A stretch of 64,000 nt of DNA, from assembly GCA_964491925.1 (NCBI GenBank), contig CAZBGZ010000002.1:113492-177491 (forward strand), read 5' to 3'. Shown piece after piece: positions 1-8,426 of the stretch (positions are counted from its first letter, which is position 1; every line of letters starts with the position of its first letter). Under the pieces are notes generated by a model. It did not search any database. It saw only the letters and a list, made by a program, of their open reading frames with translations, and was not told the DNA's origin. The DNA is from an uncultured Candidatus Saccharibacteria bacterium. GTDB taxonomy: Bacteria > Patescibacteriota > Saccharimonadia > Saccharimonadales > JAGQNJ01. A program made the translations under genes and the position numbers.

Positions 1-1
1 C

Positions 2-463
2 CAAGTCATCTATTAAAACTAGTGGCAAAAAACAATCTGATGCCGCTTCGGGACCATTATGATGGAATCTCATGACTACAAAAGGGTCAGTGTTTTCTGT
101 GCCCTCTGCCCCATTGGGCCACACCAACATATTCACGTATCCTCCAACCAAATTGCATGGTCTACTCAAGGGTTGTGGGCCACGCTCCGTAGGGATGTAC
201 ATACCTGATGTTTGAACAGAAAAAAAATGACCCCCGAAGAGAGTTCTTTCAAGATTTTTAAATTGTCTAACAGCGTTATACAGCATAGATTCTCTACTGT
301 CAGGGTCGATAGCTCCCTCAGAAAAAAGATAGTTGATTTCGCCCTCGGCAATAGCCAAGACTGCAAGCGCACTGGGGGCATTGATCGGAAATGCTGGCAT
401 TCCTTCGAAATACGAAATAGGCACAAACTCTCTACTACTCATAATCAGTGATTGTAGACCCAT
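2..463 (-). CDS. hypothetical protein, C-terminus cut by the window edge (N-terminal ~150 aa present)
   Basis: I checked this frame triplet by triplet and it is open from ATG 463-461 (alternative ATG 442-440) to position 2 with no stop. It translates as (MGLQSLI)MSSREFVPISYFEGMPAFPINAPSALAVLAIAEGEINYLFSEG... It is absent from the ORF track because it has no stop inside the window. It is longer than the track ORFs 166-426(-) and 212-451(+) that overlap it. I recognise no family. Confidence 0.4.
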   Translation of the reverse strand, partial: MGLQSLIMSSREFVPISYFEGMPAFPINAPSALAVLAIAEGEINYLFSEGAIDPDSRESMLYNAVRQFKNLERTLFGGHFFSVQTSGMYIPTERGPQPLSRPCNLVGGYVNMLVWPNGAEGTENTDPFVVMRFHHNGPEAASDCFLPLVLIDDL

Positions 464-505
464 TAATAAAAAGTTGGAATACTTCGGACCAGAAACTGAT
501 GGAGG

Positions 506-1876
506 CTATTGAACTATTTTTGATAGTTCGGATATTTTTATGCGTTTTTGTTTGGTAGTGTCGCGGTCGCGAACTGTCACTGTATCGTCTTCGAGAGTGT
601 CAAAGTCTATTGTTACGCAGTACGGCGTACCAATCTCGTCCTGTCGGCGGTAGCGCTTGCCGATGTTTCCATTGTCATCATATTCGCACGCATAATCTTT
701 TTTAAGCATCGCGTAGATTTCTTGAGCCTTTTTCACCAACTCAGGCTTGTTTCGCAGTAGTGGACTTACAGCAACTTTTACGGGGGCCAAAGACGGATGG
801 ATTTTTAGGACGGTGCGGGTTTCACCGTTTATTTCTTCTTCCACATACGCATCTGCAATTACAGCCAAGAACATCCGTCCCACGCCGACTGAACTCTCTA
901 TAATGTGTGGGATGTATTTTTTATCTGTTGCTTGGTCAAAATAACTAAGATCCTTGCCACTACCTTTTTGGTGCTGTGTTAGGTCATAATTACCACGGGC
1001 GTGGACACCTTCTAGCTCTTTGAAACCGAAAGGATAATTATATTCGATGTCATAGGCTTCTTTGGCGTAAAACACCAGATTTTCGTGCTTGTGCCACTTT
1101 AGGTTTTTTTCCTGGATCCCAATAGTTTTATAAAAATCCCAGCGATATTGGCGTAGCTTTTCGTAGCCTTCCATCTCGGCTTCTGGCGATAAGAAATATT
1201 GCATTTCCATCTGCTCAAGCTCGCGGGTCCGGAAAATAAACTGGCGCGGACTAATCTCGTTACGAAAAGCCTTTCCAATTTGGGCAATACCAAACGGTAC
1301 TTTTACCCGGGCGCTGTCCAGAACATTTTGATAGTTAACATAAATCCCCTGGCATGTTTCACCTCGCAAATAAGAAGGATTATCGTCAAAGTTGTCGCTA
1401 AAGTTGCCTAGATTAGCTTTTACTAGTAAGTTAAAGTTTTTTACTTGCCCAAAATCCTTTTTGCCACAGTTAGGACATTTTATCTCTTTGCGATGCTTAT
1501 CAAATAGTTTGTTAAGTTGGTCCTCTGACATTTTCTCATCTGCCTGCTCGCCTAGCTCTTCTAATGCATGGTCTGCTCTAATACGATTTTGGCAGTTTTT
1601 GCATTCGACTAATGGATCGCTAAAGCCGCCAACGTGGCCGCTAGCCTTCCAAATATCAGGATGCATAAAAATACCGCTATCTAGACCAACGATATCTTGA
1701 CGCATCTGAACCATATATTTCCACCAGGCACTTTTTAGGTTATTTGCCAGCTCGACACCGTATGGGCCATAATCATAAACTCCAGCAAACCCACCATATA
1801 TTTCACTACTCTGAAATACAAAACCACGGCGTTTACATAAACTAACAATGTCTTCGAGACTTACTTTTTTACTCAT
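506..1876 (-). CDS. glyQS: glycine--tRNA ligase (dimeric alpha2 class II type)
   Basis: 456 aa. The N-terminus 'VSLCKRRGFVFQSSEIYGG..GVYDYGPYG' is the hallmark of GlyQS-type GlyRS. Class II core and anticodon-binding C-terminus are present. Confidence 0.9.
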   Translation of the reverse strand: MSKKVSLEDIVSLCKRRGFVFQSSEIYGGFAGVYDYGPYGVELANNLKSAWWKYMVQMRQDIVGLDSGIFMHPDIWKASGHVGGFSDPLVECKNCQNRIRADHALEELGEQADEKMSEDQLNKLFDKHRKEIKCPNCGKKDFGQVKNFNLLVKANLGNFSDNFDDNPSYLRGETCQGIYVNYQNVLDSARVKVPFGIAQIGKAFRNEISPRQFIFRTRELEQMEMQYFLSPEAEMEGYEKLRQYRWDFYKTIGIQEKNLKWHKHENLVFYAKEAYDIEYNYPFGFKELEGVHARGNYDLTQHQKGSGKDLSYFDQATDKKYIPHIIESSVGVGRMFLAVIADAYVEEEINGETRTVLKIHPSLAPVKVAVSPLLRNKPELVKKAQEIYAMLKKDYACEYDDNGNIGKRYRRQDEIGTPYCVTIDFDTLEDDTVTVRDRDTTKQKRIKISELSKIVQ

Positions 1877-1902
1877 CTTGGTACTTATTGTACCAGATAT
1901 GA

Positions 1903-2415
1903 TTATTTCTTAAGTGCCTGCATATCGAGGCCAAGTTGGCAGGCAACAACAAAATCGTGCGCTGGCTTAGAAGTGTCACCAGGCAAAGGTAGTATCTGAT
2001 CGTCCTTCAATGCCCCTAACTCCATCTCGCCTCCTGGCGATATAGTTACCACAAAGCCATCGACAGGTTCATCTACTTCCAAAGCAGAACTGCCTGCAAA
2101 TCGCAAAAACTGCACTGGCAGTCGCGAACCGTCAGAGTCAAGACGCACATCTGTCAGGCTTACTCGTACACCAGCTTTAGTTTTTTCTGCTTTAATCTTG
2201 GCGGTTTGGTCTACTGTCATCCCTGGCTCAGTACCTGGCACATATCCTATGCAAATGCCCCTATCCATAAAAGGTAAATGTGCCCGCACAGAGCAACTTT
2301 TGTCCCTGCGACGATGGCGTAACTTTTTTATCATCTCCCCCATCCGACCAGCATAGTATTCTCCGTCATTAAGTAACCAAGGCTCTAGTTCTGGGTCAAC
2401 GTGTCGAGAATTCAT
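1903..2415 (-). CDS. hypothetical protein
   Basis: 170-aa ORF packed between glyQS and the next ORF on the same strand. No motif recognised. Confidence 0.5.
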   Translation of the reverse strand: MNSRHVDPELEPWLLNDGEYYAGRMGEMIKKLRHRRRDKSCSVRAHLPFMDRGICIGYVPGTEPGMTVDQTAKIKAEKTKAGVRVSLTDVRLDSDGSRLPVQFLRFAGSSALEVDEPVDGFVVTISPGGEMELGALKDDQILPLPGDTSKPAHDFVVACQLGLDMQALKK

Positions 2416-2473
2416 ATGATAATTATATCACTTTTAGCAATATTTGTAAACTATTTGCTTGTGTATCTGTATG

Positions 2474-2956
2474 TCATGTTCGTTTAGATATTGCATCCAG
2501 ACACACGCGTGCGTAAGATCCGATGTCGAACGAGTCCGCTCCAGGAAAAGCTACCTCTCCAGCAGTATCACCAACCCCTATCAAGTCTTGACCGCCATCA
2601 TAACTAATTCGAACCGCCAGAGTATTGAGATCTTCAGACTCTGGTTGAGGGAGAATTAGACCCGTCTCTGTTAAAACCCCGACTACTGATGTTGTTTCTC
2701 CAGTACCTATTCTACGAAAATCTCTTAACCCAACTAGTGTAGTTCCCTCGGGCTCTAACTGTAACACTAAATCTGCCAGTGAGTTTGGCGTTGCGTTTAA
2801 TCTGGCGCAGTGTAAGCTAATTGCACCATTCACAATAGGAACTCGAACGGGCCTTAAATCAGGCGGAGGTTCTGGAGCATAAAGTTTTTTGGTAATTCGC
2901 CCAGCACGTTCGAAATTATTCAAACCCAACTGAGCAGATATATCCACTTTTTGCAT
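2474..2956 (-). CDS. hypothetical protein (possible distant paralogue of 1903-2415)
   Basis: 160-aa ORF on the same strand. It shows weak by-eye similarity to its neighbour ('GLILPQPESED' vs 'DQILPLPGDTS', 'AQLGLNNF' vs 'CQLGLDMQ'). Confidence 0.5.
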   Translation of the reverse strand: MQKVDISAQLGLNNFERAGRITKKLYAPEPPPDLRPVRVPIVNGAISLHCARLNATPNSLADLVLQLEPEGTTLVGLRDFRRIGTGETTSVVGVLTETGLILPQPESEDLNTLAVRISYDGGQDLIGVGDTAGEVAFPGADSFDIGSYARVCLDAISKRT

Positions 2957-2991
2957 TTATATATTTTAATATATTTCGGTTAATCTGTAAA

Positions 2992-3681
2992 TTACTGGCT
3001 CGTCGATTGCATAATTAAAGATTTCAATAATCCCTCTAGGTCTTCGAGTATTTGGCCTACCCCCTCTATAGCAGCTATTTTCTGCGGAGGTTCGCCCAAT
3101 AAAAGCCGCATCAGCTTGATGTGGCTATCCCGGTAAGTCCCCTGCTCGTGGACAAAAAAAGTTTGAGTGTCAAAATCAAAGTGATAATTGTTGTTCGGCT
3201 CCAACTTTGCTCCCTTTTTATCTGTTAATAAATTGGGCGTGTGACCGCGTAGGCGCAACAACTGCATATACTGCCAGCTTTCACTAAGCACAATACTGAG
3301 GCTTGAATCGTTTAGAGCGTGCAGTGTTTGTAGTAGTACTTGATAATATTCTGGCTCGCTATGTCCTGGGGTTACAGAATTGATGAGTTTCAGTGAGTTA
3401 TAGGCTGCAGTTGTGCGATTAATTTCTTTTACGATTTCACCATAATGAGTTATTAACCTGCTGGAAACAAGCGTTCCAATATCTCGTTTCCCTCGGATAA
3501 AAGTTATATCGCTAATACTGAACAATTCAATACCCCCAGCAAGCTTGCTTTTTTCTTTGCGAACGCCCCTGGCTATCAGGCTTTGCTTGCCCTGATCAGA
3601 GGTTATGACCGTAATAATCCTATCCGCCTCACCGAAGTTAATGCGGCTAAGAACTATCCCCGTTGTGTTTATCTTGTTCAT
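2992..3681 (-). CDS. recO: DNA repair protein RecO
   Basis: 229 aa. The N-terminal OB-fold signature 'TGIVLSRINFGEADRIITVITSDQGKQSLIARGVRK' is typical of RecO. It overlaps the upstream gene by 4 nt. Confidence 0.75.
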   Translation of the reverse strand: MNKINTTGIVLSRINFGEADRIITVITSDQGKQSLIARGVRKEKSKLAGGIELFSISDITFIRGKRDIGTLVSSRLITHYGEIVKEINRTTAAYNSLKLINSVTPGHSEPEYYQVLLQTLHALNDSSLSIVLSESWQYMQLLRLRGHTPNLLTDKKGAKLEPNNNYHFDFDTQTFFVHEQGTYRDSHIKLMRLLLGEPPQKIAAIEGVGQILEDLEGLLKSLIMQSTSQ

Positions 3682-4055
3682 TTTTCAACTGCCAGTTTTA
3701 CCATTTTTACTAAAGTCTCTAATCTCATGGATGGTTTATAGCAATAATCCGTTATTCCTAAGCGCTCGCATATTTCTGTTGTCAATCCTAAGTCCTGTTT
3801 CGAAACATTAGAACATATAATTATGGGCTTTGATTTTAAATCACTATGTGACCTTAACTCGTAAAGCAACTCAATCCCGTTATTATTTGCTAACTGAATC
3901 TCCATAACAATACAGTCTGGATCATGCCTGTCTATGTATGAAATAGCATCCTGGGCAGTTTTTACAGCAGCAACATCGTAACCGGCGCGCTTTAAGACGC
4001 TAGAATAGGTTTTGCCTAGAATGGTATCTGGCTCCACCAATAGTATTAGGGCCAT
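3678..4055 (-). CDS. receiver-domain protein with Glu at the phospho-acceptor position (atypical or pseudo-receiver)
   Basis: Receiver-fold pattern: 'ILLVEPD', 'PDCIVMEIQLANNNG', 'IIICSN', 'DYCYKP'. I chose the start at ATG 4055 (MALILLVEPD). The track start at 4100 would overlap the upstream ORF by 37 nt. Confidence 0.65.
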   Translation of the reverse strand: MALILLVEPDTILGKTYSSVLKRAGYDVAAVKTAQDAISYIDRHDPDCIVMEIQLANNNGIELLYELRSHSDLKSKPIIICSNVSKQDLGLTTEICERLGITDYCYKPSMRLETLVKMVKLAVEK

Positions 4056-4063
4056 ATAAAACA

Positions 4064-4780
4064 CTATAACAGGGTTAATTGTTGGCTCGCCATAAGCCAT
4101 GCAAATAAACCGACATTACCTCGATAGTGGCCGAACTTTAGCCGAGATTCCATAGCCTCAAAAAGACGATCGGCCAGGTATACTCCTGCACCACTGTTAC
4201 TAGTCATAGTTTTGGCTGGTTGACGAGCATTCCCGTAAAGCTTTCGGGCTAATTGCAACTCTTGGGCCGAGAACTGACAATTATCGCTAGACACCCCGGT
4301 AACAACACCTCTGTTTGATTTCGAGGCGGTCAGCATAATCTGTTGCTTTGAAGAAATGCCCGAACTTACGAATGTATAAGCAATACTAGCTAGCGCAGCC
4401 CTCAGGGCTCGCACATTAGACATAACTTGACCACATTTACCATTTACTCTGATGTCTAGGTTGGTGTCATAGAGTTTTGAGAGTTTGTATAAATCTTGGG
4501 CCGTATCATAAAGAACGGCCGTGACTGAGACCGGCTCTAGTTCTAACTGTTGCTGTTCTCCTATAAGCTGGGTTGTAAGGATATAGCCATCCAACAATCT
4601 CAAAGCATTTGAGGCAGTCGTTTCAATTATCTGCAGATTATTGCCATTATCTATTTGTCCAAGTTCAGCAGATCGAGCAATTTGCATCAATGGTAGCTTT
4701 AACTCTTCGGACAATGCGCGCATCAGCCGAGTATTAGAATCGTCGACCACCCCTGTTACTTTCAACACATATACCCTCAC
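4064..4780 (-). CDS. histidine-kinase-like protein lacking the phospho-His (His to Glu) and with degenerate ATP-binding boxes
   Basis: 238 aa with no TM or sensor domain. 'LMRALSEELKLPLMQI' sits where the HisKA H-box 'SHELRTPL' would be. A G2-like 'SGAGVYLADRL' and a C-terminal 'GNVGLFAWL' are retained. Confidence 0.55.
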   Translation of the reverse strand: MRVYVLKVTGVVDDSNTRLMRALSEELKLPLMQIARSAELGQIDNGNNLQIIETTASNALRLLDGYILTTQLIGEQQQLELEPVSVTAVLYDTAQDLYKLSKLYDTNLDIRVNGKCGQVMSNVRALRAALASIAYTFVSSGISSKQQIMLTASKSNRGVVTGVSSDNCQFSAQELQLARKLYGNARQPAKTMTSNSGAGVYLADRLFEAMESRLKFGHYRGNVGLFAWLMASQQLTLL

Positions 4781-4824
4781 TTATTATAAAGCTATTGTAT
4801 CACGATGACGCGAACGAATTTTGT

Positions 4825-5487
4825 TTACGGAGTGAATTTGAAGTTTGCTAGAATGTTTTTTTCAAAGTCTTTATTGAACTGATCTGCTTCTGTCCAGATT
4901 CTGATTGTTTTATCCCTAAGAGGCAACAAAACCAATACGCCGTTTTCTTGATTGCCTATATCACCAGTAAGTCGTGACCCAATTATGTTTTCTACGTTCA
5001 CTGGCTTGTATGGACTAGCCTTGGTTTTGCCTTGTTTTACGCTAGAGTCGAAAGATTGTAACTCGTCTGCGTATGGCCTATTTGTAACCTGGACTCTCAG
5101 CGCAAATGACGTATCCGACTGTAACCCCGGAACAAAATTCGGATGGAAATAGCCATCAACACCCATAGAGCTCTTCCCGCTCTCGTCTACATAAGCACTC
5201 CAGGTTTTAGGATATTTTATAGTAACACTCCCATATGACGCAGGCCCTTTGTACTCTTTTAAGGGTTGCTTCTCGCGCTCGATAAACTCGTTATCCTTTG
5301 TGGTCGCTGTTTCTTTTTTAGCTATATCAACAGCAGTCGCAATTTTTTCATCAACGTTATTCTTATAATCTTGCCGACTAGAGTAAGCCCACAGACCAAA
5401 ACCCAAGCTAGCAAAGAAAAATACCAGGCTAAGTATGAGTGGTATCAGTAATATATTTATAGAACCATCTTGGCCCGTTCGCTTCAT
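4825..5487 (-). CDS. membrane-anchored extracytoplasmic protein, unknown function
   Basis: 220 aa. One N-terminal TM segment (ILLIPLILSLVFFFASLGFGLWAY) is followed by a soluble domain. No motif recognised. Confidence 0.6.
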   Translation of the reverse strand: MKRTGQDGSINILLIPLILSLVFFFASLGFGLWAYSSRQDYKNNVDEKIATAVDIAKKETATTKDNEFIEREKQPLKEYKGPASYGSVTIKYPKTWSAYVDESGKSSMGVDGYFHPNFVPGLQSDTSFALRVQVTNRPYADELQSFDSSVKQGKTKASPYKPVNVENIIGSRLTGDIGNQENGVLVLLPLRDKTIRIWTEADQFNKDFEKNILANFKFTP

Positions 5488-5531
5488 ACTGCTAATGGTA
5501 TAACATTACAATACACTCTGGCAAGCTATAT

Positions 5532-6032
5532 TTAGTACTTGTATAGGTATAGGCCTTCTATTTGCTTGACTGGTTTCTTGCTATTGATGATGAACGCGAA
5601 ACTGACCAAAGAGATATTTTTTAGTTTTGACTGGGTAATTTTTTTATCCAGTTTTTCCATATAAGGCTGTAGTAAAAACACAAAAATGCCGTCGGTTTTC
5701 GGCCATTCAGCCTTCCAATAGTTCCCCCATATTATTTGGACTTGTTTGCGATACTTGAATGTAATCAACTTTGAATAAATCACCAGTAGCGGGTTTAGTT
5801 CGTATCCAACTGCATTGAGACCCCGACCCGCCGCAGCACGCAACAACCGACCATCACCACTGCCTAGCTCCAGTAGAGTCTGGCCTTTTTTTAAATTGAG
5901 CATTTTTAATGCCAAAGGTACTTTAGCGCGCAAAGTCGGTAAATATGGTGCTCCGTAAGCTACAACAAAGGTAAATGCAATAAAAACGATCGCGCATACT
6001 AACAGGGTTGTATTCCAGATAATATCAAGCAT
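5532..6032 (-). CDS. class I SAM-dependent methyltransferase with N-terminal TM anchor
   Basis: 166 aa. It has an N-terminal hydrophobic helix, then a motif I-like 'LLELGSGDGRLL' and 'AVGYELNP'. Confidence 0.6.
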   Translation of the reverse strand: MLDIIWNTTLLVCAIVFIAFTFVVAYGAPYLPTLRAKVPLALKMLNLKKGQTLLELGSGDGRLLRAAAGRGLNAVGYELNPLLVIYSKLITFKYRKQVQIIWGNYWKAEWPKTDGIFVFLLQPYMEKLDKKITQSKLKNISLVSFAFIINSKKPVKQIEGLYLYKY

Positions 6033-6048
6033 ATTTTGGCCTAAATAA

Positions 6049-6270
6049 CTATTTATTCACTCTCTTTAGGGTATTTTCAGCAGTATCTAGATATTTTTTT
6101 ATCTGTTTTGTTATTTTTGTAGCCTGCTCGAACTTAATCACCGCCTCGTCTATATCTATTTCTTCACTCTGTAACTCAGAAATTATCGTGTCTAGTTCTT
6201 CCTGAAGTTCTTTATAAGATTTTTTGTTAACCATGTCTCTATTGTACCTCTGCTTTCGTTGTTCCATCAT
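6049..6270 (-). CDS. xseB: exodeoxyribonuclease VII small subunit
   Basis: Small helical protein ('SYKELQEELDTIISELQSEEIDIDEAVIKFEQ') directly downstream of xseA. The alternative start ATG 6234 (MVNKKSY) would remove the 32-nt overlap with xseA. Confidence 0.75.
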   Translation of the reverse strand: MMEQRKQRYNRDMVNKKSYKELQEELDTIISELQSEEIDIDEAVIKFEQATKITKQIKKYLDTAENTLKRVNK

Positions 6271-7345
6271 AAAATTCTATTACTACTTCATCACCAGCAA
6301 TTACGGCTGTTTTTGACTTAACTACACTGTTATTCTTTCTAACCACAGAATAGCCTCTCTTGAGGACGTTTTGAGGGTTGAGACTACCAAGTATATCTTC
6401 TCTGGATTTTAGGAAAAGCTTACTATTTTCGACTTTGCTCTCGATTTTATGAGCCATCATTTCAATTATTCTGTCTATTTCATGCCTGGTATTATTAATA
6501 ATTGACTTAACCAATTGTTCGACAATAACAGCCCGTTGTTCTGCATGGCTAATGACGTCATTCTTGTCTGGGACCAGTAGTTCTGCAGCATTGCTTGGCG
6601 TACTCGCATGAACATCCGCAACTCTTTCGGCTAGACTAACATCACGTTCGTGCCCGATTGCCACCAAAGTTGGTGCTCTACTACCAGCAATAGCCCGTGC
6701 AACTTGTTCTATACTAAATACCTGTAAGTCATCAAGGCTACCACCACCCCTAGTTATGACTAGCACTTCTGGCGGATTCGATAGCTGGTTGAAATGTGAT
6801 ATTGCCGACACAATCTGTTTTGGGGCATCATCCCCCTGGACCTGAACATCGTAATGCAGAATTTCTACACCTGCCCATCGCGCATTTAGTATTTTAGTGA
6901 AGTCGCTAAACGCTGCAGATTCTCCCGAAGTTATCAAGCCTAAGCTGCGGGGTGGATACGGAATTGTGCGTTTTCTGCTAGTGTCAAACAGGCCTTCTTT
7001 TTGTAGTTTTGCTTCTAGTAATTTGCTGGCTTTTTTTATTGTGCCTTCCCCAGTTAGACTAATCAATTGGACATTAATGCTGAAGCCAAACTGAGGGTGC
7101 AACTGTGGTGCCCCACTGACTTTCAGCAACATTCCGTCCGTCAGTGGCCCTGGTAGTTGGTAAATTGTCCCGAAGAATTTAACACTAGAATACTCGTCTT
7201 TGAGGTCAAAATAGACCCACCTATTTTTGCTAACTCGGAAGTTGCTCAGCTCGCCCTCAATGGTTACGACTGGATAGGCATAGTTAATTGTTTGATTAAA
7301 AACTGCTACAAAATCCGTAACAGTGAACAAGATATCCTGGCTCAT
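6239..7345 (-). CDS. xseA: exodeoxyribonuclease VII large subunit
   Basis: 368 aa. It has an N-terminal OB-fold region (VAVFNQTINYAYPVVTIEGELSNFRVSKNRWVYFDLKD) and a catalytic core 'ITRGGGSLDDL'. It is paired with xseB. Confidence 0.85.
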   Translation of the reverse strand: MSQDILFTVTDFVAVFNQTINYAYPVVTIEGELSNFRVSKNRWVYFDLKDEYSSVKFFGTIYQLPGPLTDGMLLKVSGAPQLHPQFGFSINVQLISLTGEGTIKKASKLLEAKLQKEGLFDTSRKRTIPYPPRSLGLITSGESAAFSDFTKILNARWAGVEILHYDVQVQGDDAPKQIVSAISHFNQLSNPPEVLVITRGGGSLDDLQVFSIEQVARAIAGSRAPTLVAIGHERDVSLAERVADVHASTPSNAAELLVPDKNDVISHAEQRAVIVEQLVKSIINNTRHEIDRIIEMMAHKIESKVENSKLFLKSREDILGSLNPQNVLKRGYSVVRKNNSVVKSKTAVIAGDEVVIEFYDGTTKAEVQ

Positions 7346-8385
7346 GCCTGTTTTTCTTGGTAACGAAGAGCGCGGTGATAAAAATAATAACCTGGCGGAA
7401 GTTGTAATCCCATATTGAGGATTCGATAAGTGATGGTTATGGGTATACTAACTCCCGCCGGAACGCCTGCGGAAGCCAAAACCCCAGTCATCAAGGCTTC
7501 ATAAATACCTACTCCTCCAGGGAGTACCGAAACCAGACCAGCAAAATTAGCTATTGCGTAAGCAAGAATAATCGCACCAGGGTTAACCCACTGCCCAAAA
7601 GCTATGTAAACAACATAAATAGTAAGTATTTCAGCTACATTTGCCATCAGAGCATGCACCAGAGGACCGCGAAGCATATGAGGGTTACCCTTCATGACCA
7701 TGTAATTTTCGTGTAATTCAGTAAATATCTCTCTAACTTTGGTGATATTAATTGTTTCTGGATGCTTGGGCCGAAAAATATGAATAAGTCTATTGATAAA
7801 CCGGGTCAAGTACGTAAAAAATCCGTTAATTCGTCTTTCGCTACCGACTATAAACATCGCGCCGAGTGTACCCACCAGCAGCAATGTAGCTAACGAGCCA
7901 GCTATCAAAATAGCCATATTACTTGCGTCACCACCGATGGCTAAAATAATGAGACCGACAAAAAGTAAAATTTGGAAAGACACAAAAAGTAAAATGTAGC
8001 GAAGCATCTGAACCAGGGTTGATTTACCCGGGCTGACACCAAACGATTTCATGCGCACCCCAAAATATGATAGACCTGTTACGCCACCGCTAGGAAACAC
8101 ATTGTTAACAAAATTTAGCTCCAGAGTAACCATCAATAACTTTGCATATCTTACATGATTGTGCATGATCCGAAGCAGCGATTGATACATTTCAGCTATC
8201 GAATGATAGTTCAGAACTTGTGCCGGTATCATCAAGAGCAACGCCCAAGTATCCAGATTCTTTAGATTTTGCATTGTATCCAATATCTGGTCGCGTACGC
8301 CGTATATTAGCAATGCCAACGCCAAAAGCGTGACAATATTTATAATAACTTTCCATGGAATTGATCGTTGTTTTGCTTTAGCCAT
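7342..8385 (-). CDS. flippase-like / lysylphosphatidylglycerol-synthase TM-region family membrane protein
   Basis: 347 aa with about 8 hydrophobic segments. The basic N-terminus plus the first helix pattern is typical of the UPF0104 / LPG_synthase_TM family. Assigned from memory. Confidence 0.5.
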   Translation of the reverse strand: MAKAKQRSIPWKVIINIVTLLALALLIYGVRDQILDTMQNLKNLDTWALLLMIPAQVLNYHSIAEMYQSLLRIMHNHVRYAKLLMVTLELNFVNNVFPSGGVTGLSYFGVRMKSFGVSPGKSTLVQMLRYILLFVSFQILLFVGLIILAIGGDASNMAILIAGSLATLLLVGTLGAMFIVGSERRINGFFTYLTRFINRLIHIFRPKHPETINITKVREIFTELHENYMVMKGNPHMLRGPLVHALMANVAEILTIYVVYIAFGQWVNPGAIILAYAIANFAGLVSVLPGGVGIYEALMTGVLASAGVPAGVSIPITITYRILNMGLQLPPGYYFYHRALRYQEKQA

Positions 8386-8426
8386 AAGACGTATGACTGT
8401 TATTATACTGCAAAATTACGATATAG

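Noticed and set aside
166-451. Track ORFs 166-426(-) and 212-451(+)
   Set aside because: Both lie inside a longer frame (2-463, minus) that stays open to the window edge, which I verified codon by codon. Their translations look like out-of-frame products.
443-508. The edge ORF is in the same frame as glyQS, separated by one TAG and 14 codons, which raised the possibility of stop-codon readthrough or fusion
   Set aside because: GlyRS ends at a normal position for the family, and TAG is used as a stop elsewhere (xseA, nrdJ). The downstream ORF has its own ATG codons. The shared frame is most likely coincidence.
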